From positions 189,138-253,137 of the IMG/VR virus record IMGVR_UViG_3300027759_000046: a stretch of DNA of 64,000 nucleotides. The stretch is one strand, 5' to 3'. Positions 28,695-36,131 of the stretch are shown here, piece by piece. The notes below the pieces were generated by a model. The model ran no database searches and had not been told where the DNA came from. It was given only the letters and a program-made list of their open reading frames with translations. The position numbers and the translations under genes were made by a program. Numbering within the stretch: the stretch's first letter is position 1; the number at the start of each line of letters is the position of its first letter.

Positions 28695-29993
28695 TTAAAA
28701 TTCTCTTTGTGTTTCGTATACTGTTTTAATAACTGGAAATCTTAATGAGTGGTTTCCGTGTTGATCAGTCGTTTCTTCAAAAAACTGAACCGTAATTGTT
28801 TTACCTAAAATTTCATTTGGGTTTTGAAAGTAGTGGCGACGTTGTTCAAGAGAAAAACCTGATCCAACTCTGACTTGATTGCCTTTATGCTGAACGAATA
28901 CTGCTTTCAGCATTTCCTCTTCTTCTTCACGGCCGTTTTCAATAACTCGGTGAGTTCCGTTTTCAAGACCAGTTACTTGATACTCAGCATCATGCATCTT
29001 TTTAACCTTTAACAGGTTCTTTGAGCGTTTGCCTTCGTATCCAACATCCTTACGAATCATGATGCCTTCGTATCCCATTTCAGTTGCATCAGCTGCAACC
29101 TTTTCAAAATGTTCTCGATCAGTTAATTTGAATTGAGGCAATGGCTCTGCGAATTCCAGTCCAGTACTCGATGCCACCAAGTAAGCATTTATCATGACTA
29201 ACCTAGCAGATAGAGTTATTTCGCTTGTTCCGCTTGTAAATTCGTCAAGATCCAATAGGTCAAATACATAATACTTTGGAGTTTCAATAGTGTGGTCCTT
29301 TTTGCCTATTTCTTTGATAATCCCCTGAAAATCTTCAAGGCCAGAATCTCGCATGATACAAACTTCGCCATCTAGAACTTTAGACCTAAGACCCAATTTC
29401 ATAAGGTCTTGGCGTAAAGCATCGAGAGTTAAGAACTCCTTGCCTTGACGAGAAAAGAACTTAATATCACCAGCTTCATCAATTACGGTGATGCAACGAA
29501 CTCCGTCTAGCTTACGACTTGCCCACCACATACCTGAATCAAAATCTACTTTCTTCTCAGCCGATTCAAATTTTTCAGCTAATGCAACTTCAAAGGTCGG
29601 CACTGTCCCAGGCAGGACAGAATTGATTAAGGTAGAGGTTGCTCGGGTTTTAATATTGCGATCTATCACATCATAGATGATGTCTGCGAACTCCTTATAT
29701 TTTGCGATAAAACCATTAACTGCTTGTATTGCATTGTGGCCAGTCACATGACGTTCATTCAGATCATCAAGCATCGCAAACAGATCAGTATAATTATCGA
29801 AAATTAGGTCAGATCTCTTTTTGAGATTTGCTGAAGTAACATGATACTGCTTAAATGGCGTGTACGTGTACTTAAATATTTTTCGTAGGAATGGAGAATC
29901 GTATTTTTGCAGAATCTCTTTTTTGGCATTAGTCGAAGAAGTAGCTTTCATCTCTTCAATAAACTCCCTAAGGTTGGTAAAGTCTGTATGCAT
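28695..29993 (-). CDS. ATP-dependent DNA ligase
   Basis: KLDGVR, LDGE, EGIMIR, LLKVK, VGSGF and SLRFP. Confidence 0.95.
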   Translation of the reverse strand: MHTDFTNLREFIEEMKATSSTNAKKEILQKYDSPFLRKIFKYTYTPFKQYHVTSANLKKRSDLIFDNYTDLFAMLDDLNERHVTGHNAIQAVNGFIAKYKEFADIIYDVIDRNIKTRATSTLINSVLPGTVPTFEVALAEKFESAEKKVDFDSGMWWASRKLDGVRCITVIDEAGDIKFFSRQGKEFLTLDALRQDLMKLGLRSKVLDGEVCIMRDSGLEDFQGIIKEIGKKDHTIETPKYYVFDLLDLDEFTSGTSEITLSARLVMINAYLVASSTGLEFAEPLPQFKLTDREHFEKVAADATEMGYEGIMIRKDVGYEGKRSKNLLKVKKMHDAEYQVTGLENGTHRVIENGREEEEEMLKAVFVQHKGNQVRVGSGFSLEQRRHYFQNPNEILGKTITVQFFEETTDQHGNHSLRFPVIKTVYETQREF

Positions 29994-30016
29994 ACAATTA
30001 TTATACTATACAAAAC

Positions 30017-30045
30017 AAAAAAAGTCGACACTAGGCCGACTTTTT
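30017..30045 (-). terminator. intrinsic terminator
   Basis: minus strand AGTCGGCC-TAG-TGTCGACT followed by a T-run. Confidence 0.75.
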
Positions 30046-30064
30046 CATAAAAATATTTAGTTAA

Positions 30065-31603
30065 TTATCTTCTAACCTTTAGGAAGTCAGAGAATGAAGT
30101 AATCACAGTAGCTTCAGAAACTGCGGTAAATCCTCCTTGTTGACCGCCTTGTTGACCGCCTTGAACAGGAGTCTTTTGCATGTCTTGGGAAATCTTATCA
30201 ACTTGTTGAGCAAGAGGTCCTCCACCTGTAATACCGGCCCAATAGCCGTTACATAGAGAAAGCATGTCTCCGCTTATTTCAGAAGCAACGCAGTACTCGT
30301 AAAAGTCTCCGTCTTCTCCAAAATTCTTAGACCATACTTGTTTAACAACTGCTGCTGTTTGTGGGCTAAGTGAAGTGATCATGAAGGTGATTTGTAATTC
30401 GTCAGCTCCGTCAGTATAACCTTTTGCTAATTCTCTAATTTGAGTACAGAATGCAAATGCTGCATCTTCAGCTGTGAAGTTTTGAGCTTGAACTGGTTCT
30501 GCACCGCTTGCTGCGGCTGAGAGAGCTCCGCCTGTTGCCATTCCGGCACCAACTCCTGCTCCGATTTTTCCACCGACTTGAGCAGCTTTGCCTGCTTGAG
30601 TTAAGGTTGAGAAACCTGATTGAGCTGCTCTAAAGTCATTTGCACCAGCTGCCAGTCTTGAAACGTTTGCCGCTCCTTGAACTCCAACACCAGTTGCTTC
30701 AGCTCCAGTTGTTGCCATTGCACCGCTTCTAAATGCTGTGAAACCTCCTCTTAATTTATTAACGGCTCCAGCTGCTCTAACCGCTCTAGCTCCAGTAATA
30801 AGGCCTTTTGCCGCGGCTCCTACACCGAATGTACAAAGCCCAATCGCAACGTCTACTACCAATGATTCTAGAAAATCTACTCCCATTCCGGTCGCAATAT
30901 CTTGTTCAGTAACGGTATCACCGTAAACTGCTCTAGCTAAAACTTCAGGAGTTCCAGAGAAATCTCCTTTAACCGCATCCATTAGGGACTCATTATATGC
31001 TGTCTGATATGCAGTACCTAATGCTTTGAATATTTCTGGCACGTTTGCACCTTTTTCGTAACCAATACGATAGATTGCTCCAGCTAATGCACCAAGCTTG
31101 TCTTCGTCTGTTCCAAAATTTAATCCGAAAATTGAACTTCCTTCAACACCCTTTCTAAATTGAGTTGCTAAGTAATTCATATCTAAACCTTCGATTACCT
31201 TAGACGTTGAATCCCAATCAATATAAACTCCAGATTTTCCAGACGCGGTTTTACCGCCAGCTACATAGATTGAAACTGCGTATTCTTGGTCTCCGATTTT
31301 TACGGTAACTCGACCTGGACCAGATTGGCCAGACGCTACTAAGTTTGCAGACTCAGCGTTAAGCTTTAAGAATTCTGCGTCCGCTTTATCGCCTTTGCTA
31401 GCATTATCAATAATTAATTTCTTGATTGCCTGAACTTCCGGAGAATCAGTTGGTTCAATTGAAATGGTATTACCTTCAGGTTTTGCACCAGGCGAACCGG
31501 CTGTGCCAGCGGTACCAGCTGAACCGGCTTCAGTTAGCGAATAGTAGCCCAAAGACTTGCTCTCGTTTAATATTGCGTAATTTCCTATGTTTATGTGTCT
31601 CAT
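30065..31603 (-). CDS. putative virion protein with annexin-like repeats and Gly/Ala-rich membrane segments
   Basis: FGTDEDKL..AVKGDFSG and GYTDGADE..VASEISG; hydrophobic VAIGLCTFGVGAAA; LNE leader and GSAGTAG repeat. Confidence 0.55.
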   Translation of the reverse strand: MRHINIGNYAILNESKSLGYYSLTEAGSAGTAGTAGSPGAKPEGNTISIEPTDSPEVQAIKKLIIDNASKGDKADAEFLKLNAESANLVASGQSGPGRVTVKIGDQEYAVSIYVAGGKTASGKSGVYIDWDSTSKVIEGLDMNYLATQFRKGVEGSSIFGLNFGTDEDKLGALAGAIYRIGYEKGANVPEIFKALGTAYQTAYNESLMDAVKGDFSGTPEVLARAVYGDTVTEQDIATGMGVDFLESLVVDVAIGLCTFGVGAAAKGLITGARAVRAAGAVNKLRGGFTAFRSGAMATTGAEATGVGVQGAANVSRLAAGANDFRAAQSGFSTLTQAGKAAQVGGKIGAGVGAGMATGGALSAAASGAEPVQAQNFTAEDAAFAFCTQIRELAKGYTDGADELQITFMITSLSPQTAAVVKQVWSKNFGEDGDFYEYCVASEISGDMLSLCNGYWAGITGGGPLAQQVDKISQDMQKTPVQGGQQGGQQGGFTAVSEATVITSFSDFLKVRR

Positions 31604-31625
31604 TAGTTGTGTGAGCTTTTTTTAA

Positions 31626-32834
31626 TTATTTCTTTTCTTCGGTTCCTTCTGCTGGAGCGGTTGCCGTCTGTACTGCAACTGGAGCAGTTGCTCCTCCAGG
31701 TTTATTGATATAGATGAAACCTGCTTGACCAGCTGTTCCGCTTGTTCCGCCAGTACCACCAGTACCACCAGTACCAGACGTTCCGCCAGTAGTTACAACT
31801 GGGTTAGTTCCTTTACCTGCAAGTTCCCAAAGCTCTTTTAATCGAGCTAGAGTTATTCCAACTTTTGTGCAGTATTTAGCAAGATATTCAACATCATTTG
31901 AGTTGACCGCATTATGTTCAGCTTCTTTTGCATCAAAGAACATTCCAAAGGCAGTTGCTGTGTTTGGACCGTAATTACCGTCCGGATTGCCTAATTTATC
32001 TTGAACCCTTTTTCCAGCCTCGCCGTATTTCTCAGCAAGAACTTTTTCTTTAAGGATTAGTTGAACGAATTTTACCTCTTGTCCCTTTGACCCTCTAGAA
32101 ACTTTAATTCCGGTTTGAAGAGCTCTACCGTTAGGATTTGGGTCTTGCTTATTACTAACAATCTCAAATGCAAGAAGTTTCTCAGTTAAGTATTTTAAAA
32201 TTTGATCGTCCGCAGCGGTGTCTTTCCAATCCCATGGAAATACTCCGCCAGTACCGCCTGTTCCAGAAGAACCGGCTGATCCAGCTGTACCGGTCGTACC
32301 TGCTGTTCCAGAAGAACCACTTGTTCCAGTTTCAACTTTAATAATCTCTGGTTTAACTACTGGATTTAGGTCGGAATTCATTTTGGTAGCGTCCTCGGCT
32401 TTGTATAATTTAAGTTTACCATTTGAACTAGTTAAGAAAGGCTGCGCTTTTGATACGTCGTATTTGGAAGCATCTCTAACAGATAAGATTCCCTTAAAGA
32501 TTTGTTGGCCTGTTGCTGAACGCTCTTTGTCTTTAGTAACTGCAATGAATACGATATTATTTGCGACCTTTGACATTACTACTGCGCTCGCTGATAATTG
32601 ATCAGCTGCATTCTTTTTAGCCTCATCTGGATTCTCAGTTTCCATTTTCATAACGAAATGAAATGCAGCGATTTCGCCAGCATTAGCGTCCGGCTTATCT
32701 TCGTCAACTTTGAATTTTTGATCAGGGGTTAAAAATGAGAGTAGTGCTTCGTTTAGAGGCATTGTGCCCTTGGTTCCAGTTGACTTAGTATAGCTTTCGT
32801 TAATAAAGTCGTCAAATGATTTAAAACTTTTCAT
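31626..32834 (-). CDS. putative virion protein with GT/SG repeats and peptidoglycan-binding domain
   Basis: MKSFKSFDDFINE; RGSKGQEVKFVQ...DGNYGPNTATA; GTSGSSGTAG tracts. Confidence 0.65.
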   Translation of the reverse strand: MKSFKSFDDFINESYTKSTGTKGTMPLNEALLSFLTPDQKFKVDEDKPDANAGEIAAFHFVMKMETENPDEAKKNAADQLSASAVVMSKVANNIVFIAVTKDKERSATGQQIFKGILSVRDASKYDVSKAQPFLTSSNGKLKLYKAEDATKMNSDLNPVVKPEIIKVETGTSGSSGTAGTTGTAGSAGSSGTGGTGGVFPWDWKDTAADDQILKYLTEKLLAFEIVSNKQDPNPNGRALQTGIKVSRGSKGQEVKFVQLILKEKVLAEKYGEAGKRVQDKLGNPDGNYGPNTATAFGMFFDAKEAEHNAVNSNDVEYLAKYCTKVGITLARLKELWELAGKGTNPVVTTGGTSGTGGTGGTGGTSGTAGQAGFIYINKPGGATAPVAVQTATAPAEGTEEKK

Positions 32835-32946
32835 TTATTTCTTTGTTTTTTGTTGGCTTTCACCTTTTTATAATTTGTAAGATTATTTATTCGTGACAAG
32901 TGTCCACTTTATTATAGGGCAGCTACTCTAATAAATAATACAGACT

Positions 32947-34071
32947 ATGAAATACTTATTTGAATTTGCTCAATACTCTGCACAACCTGCTCATACTGCA
33001 TCTTTTGGTGTGCTCGGTGATCTGGGTAAAAAGTCTAAATTTGGAGAACAGACTGGATATTTTAAGAGCCTGATGGAAGAAGCTCAAGCTGGAGGCATGG
33101 ATGCCTTTGTGTTTACAGAGTTTTCACCAGAAGGAGTGACTGCTTGGAGCCTGGACGGAGATGACTGGCATGAATCAAAAAAGGCTTTACCTTCTGTATT
33201 TTACGATAGAAGTTTCAGAAAGAAAGACGGTGCTGGTAAAACTTCAAATACTCGAGCTCTATGCTCGATGGGTTGCACTCCATTAAACTCACCAGAGTTT
33301 AGAAAGCTCGCGCTAGACAAGCATTTAATGTATCAAAATTTAGCAGATCATTCAATTGACGGAATGGGCTTACCTCATACTGAGAAGTACAGCGATTCAA
33401 AATTGATTCCATTCTTGCAAAAACATCCATCAGCTATTCTTAAACCTAGATTTGGTTCAGGTGGGCATGGCATAATCAAACTTTCTAAATCGGATTCAGG
33501 TTATGGAATCAATTATAAGGAAAATTCAATAGAGTGCCAGGAACCAGAATTGCTAAATAAACTTAATGAAATTCGTCAAAAGATGAATGCTAGCAAGAGA
33601 CTCTATATTATTCAAGAGTGCATTGACTTGCCTAAATACAATAATGGAGTATTTGACGTTCGCGTAATTTATCAAAAGGGCAAGGGCGGAAGTCCTCTAC
33701 GTACAGGTATGGCTGTAAGGCTTGCTGCACCAAATAAGGTTACAGCAAATCTACACCAAGGCGGAAGTCGAGAAACTCTAGGAAATGTATTGGGAACCTT
33801 GTTTAATCAAGACATGAATGGAGAAATTGCTGAATCGATTAGAAATTACTCAAAGGAGATTTTTGAGATATTAGACAGTAAAGTCGGGCCAATTGGAGAA
33901 GTCGGTATAGATTTCCTAATTGATCAAGGAGGTAGAGTTCATCTAATTGAGGTCAACTCTGTCCCAGGTAGAAACCTATTTCATATCTTACCGGATATTA
34001 GAGAGACTGCTATTAAAAGACCAGTCGAATACGCTAAGCACTTACTAGATAAACAAAAAAAGCCGCAATAA
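32947..34071 (+). CDS. YheC/YheD-like ATP-grasp protein
   Basis: YDR, DKH, LKPRFGSGGHGI, YIIQE, FDVR, ANLHQGG, GIDF and IEVNSVPG. Confidence 0.9.
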   Translation: MKYLFEFAQYSAQPAHTASFGVLGDLGKKSKFGEQTGYFKSLMEEAQAGGMDAFVFTEFSPEGVTAWSLDGDDWHESKKALPSVFYDRSFRKKDGAGKTSNTRALCSMGCTPLNSPEFRKLALDKHLMYQNLADHSIDGMGLPHTEKYSDSKLIPFLQKHPSAILKPRFGSGGHGIIKLSKSDSGYGINYKENSIECQEPELLNKLNEIRQKMNASKRLYIIQECIDLPKYNNGVFDVRVIYQKGKGGSPLRTGMAVRLAAPNKVTANLHQGGSRETLGNVLGTLFNQDMNGEIAESIRNYSKEIFEILDSKVGPIGEVGIDFLIDQGGRVHLIEVNSVPGRNLFHILPDIRETAIKRPVEYAKHLLDKQKKPQ

Positions 34072-34081
34072 AGCGGCTTTT
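34055..34081. terminator. bidirectional intrinsic terminator
   Basis: A7-GCCGC-AATAAA-GCGGC-TTTT between convergent genes. Confidence 0.85.
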
Positions 34082-34101
34082 CTTTTTAAGTTAATGTCTA
34101 A

Positions 34102-34680
34102 TTAAGCTTGCGCTTGGCTAGACTCTTCTTCTTTTAATTTTGCAATTTGATCGTCTAATTCTTTCATTTCCATGATTGAACTATTTAACGCAACTGCAAT
34201 TCTAAATACTCGTTGTGCTGCTTCTAATCCTGAACCTCTGTAACGATTCAATAATAGAGCGCAGGCTTCGATAGCTGACGCTTGAACCGCTGGAGCTTCT
34301 GCTTCAAGTTTTAACTTAACCGCCTGTTCAATTCGAGCAACCGTTGATGCAAAACCTAAATAGCAATTCATCATCATGAACGCTTCATTCGGTCCATTAA
34401 ATTCAAATTTGCTATTGCACTGATTTTTGATCCATTTAAGATCAGCTAATTCCAAGTTTACTGCCCAATAGCCAGTACGTTTGTTAATCAATTTTTGAAC
34501 TTCGCTTAGTTCTTCAACTGGTTCTGGAATACCTCCTTCTTCTTGTGGGATTTCCATGTCAATGCTTGGCTCCATTACCTCTTCGGTCGGTTGTTCCATT
34601 GCCTCATCAGTAGGCTGTTCAATAGTTACTGCAACGTCTTCGATCAAAGCGTCTGTAACAAGGGTGTTTTGTTCTGTCAT
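34102..34680 (-). CDS. hypothetical protein with acidic N-terminal repeats (EQPTxE)
   Basis: 192-aa ORF with upstream bipartite promoter motif. Confidence 0.6.
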   Translation of the reverse strand: MTEQNTLVTDALIEDVAVTIEQPTDEAMEQPTEEVMEPSIDMEIPQEEGGIPEPVEELSEVQKLINKRTGYWAVNLELADLKWIKNQCNSKFEFNGPNEAFMMMNCYLGFASTVARIEQAVKLKLEAEAPAVQASAIEACALLLNRYRGSGLEAAQRVFRIAVALNSSIMEMKELDDQIAKLKEEESSQAQA

Positions 34681-34729
34681 GTGTATAAATTATTGTTTAG
34701 TAAATTTTACTCAAAAAGATTCGCAAGTT

Positions 34730-35209
34730 TTAGCGAAGGCGATCTAAAATTATGCGCTGGGACGCAGAAACGTGTGTGTATGCCTCTTCGACATCCATAA
34801 AACCTGCCCAGTCAAGTTCTTCAAGCTGAAGTTGTTCTTTTGGAACACGTAAGCCAGTCAAGCCGATTTCAGATAGCTCAGAGATTCTGCAAACCAGATA
34901 ATGAATGTTATTCTTGAATTTAGTCCCGCTCCAAACTTCGGCAGTTTGTATGGCAGGTTCAACTTGGTCTTGGCGAATCCGAAGACCTGTCTCCTCAAAT
35001 GTTTCGCGAAACGCTGCTTCTTCTGGAGATTCTCCATCTTCCATTTTTCCCTTGGGAATTCCCATAGTGGGTTTAACCCAACTTGAATTAGTTGGATGCA
35101 CCAATAGGATCATAGGTTTTTGAGTGTCAGCTGGTGTATAAACTATTGCAATACCTGCCGAATCAGATCGCTTCTTAGGCTTTGTGAAATTATCGAAAGT
35201 ATCAATCAT
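34730..35209 (-). CDS. Nudix hydrolase
   Basis: Nudix box PKGKMEDGESPEEAAFRETFEETGL. Confidence 0.93.
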   Translation of the reverse strand: MIDTFDNFTKPKKRSDSAGIAIVYTPADTQKPMILLVHPTNSSWVKPTMGIPKGKMEDGESPEEAAFRETFEETGLRIRQDQVEPAIQTAEVWSGTKFKNNIHYLVCRISELSEIGLTGLRVPKEQLQLEELDWAGFMDVEEAYTHVSASQRIILDRLR

Positions 35210-35399
35210 TTGAATTATTATCTAGAAATCGTTGACGATATATTGCGTTCTTTACTTGGTCTCGACGCTTAACGCTAGGCTTCTTAAATTCTTTTCTATC
35301 TCTTAACTCAGTTAGAGTTTTAGTTTTACTGAATTTCTTTTTTAAAACCTTTAGAGCTCGGTCGATCGAGCCAATTTCTTGTACGTTAACTAATAGCAT
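35202..35399 (-). CDS. rpsU: ribosomal protein bS21 (Bacteroidota type)
   Basis: SIDRALKVLKKKF...ELRDRKEFKKPSVKRR...AIY. Confidence 0.95.
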   Translation of the reverse strand: MLLVNVQEIGSIDRALKVLKKKFSKTKTLTELRDRKEFKKPSVKRRDQVKNAIYRQRFLDNNSND

Positions 35400-36131
35400 T
35401 TATAGAATGTATGGGCATTTTTTCAAAACTTCTTCTCTATTAATATACTCATTTAGATAAGTTTTGACAAAATTATTTTGGATTTTATGTTTGTACCAAG
35501 TAGGAAGAGGTCCAATATACGATTCGAATACTCTAAAATATAGATCAACTAGTTCAGGCCGATTTAATTTAAAATTCTCCATCGCTAATAATACCGGACC
35601 AGACTCTCCGAGTCCAATTCTGAATCTACTAAAATTAGAGTTAATTTTTGAATTTATTGATTCAGTAAGTTCGTTAAGCTGATCACGATACGGTAATCGG
35701 TCCATGTCTAAATGAACTGGTGTACCGTCAATTATTTGTCGAGCTCCAAATATTTTACCACGGTGTGCAGCTATTTGAATTTGATTTTCGAATTTAGGTT
35801 TAGTAAAGTAAAGTGAGCCCTTTGGAATAGGAGTCGTATTTACGTGTCTAAATGTCTGAAATGTTTTGATTTCTGAAATTGGAGAAACTACTGTAATTGG
35901 TGTCTTTAATTTCCTTGCTCCAAATTTATTGGAAACAGCCTTTGGAATAAAAGGAGAGCCTGCAAGTCTACTGAAAACTTGATGAGTTGAAAAATCATTT
36001 GGCGAAACTTCGACTGCTACTTCTGAATCATCATCACCGTATAGTTCCGGCATATCATGATTTTCACCAATTAGTTTAATTCGTTTTGAATAAGTATCGT
36101 ATACTTGAAAATCGTCAAATTTCTTTATCAT
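35400..36131 (-). CDS. hypothetical protein, possibly a degenerate ATP-grasp
   Basis: MIKKFDDFQ leader-like start; PFIPKAV..LKTPI weakly ATP-grasp-like. Confidence 0.45.
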   Translation of the reverse strand: MIKKFDDFQVYDTYSKRIKLIGENHDMPELYGDDDSEVAVEVSPNDFSTHQVFSRLAGSPFIPKAVSNKFGARKLKTPITVVSPISEIKTFQTFRHVNTTPIPKGSLYFTKPKFENQIQIAAHRGKIFGARQIIDGTPVHLDMDRLPYRDQLNELTESINSKINSNFSRFRIGLGESGPVLLAMENFKLNRPELVDLYFRVFESYIGPLPTWYKHKIQNNFVKTYLNEYINREEVLKKCPYIL

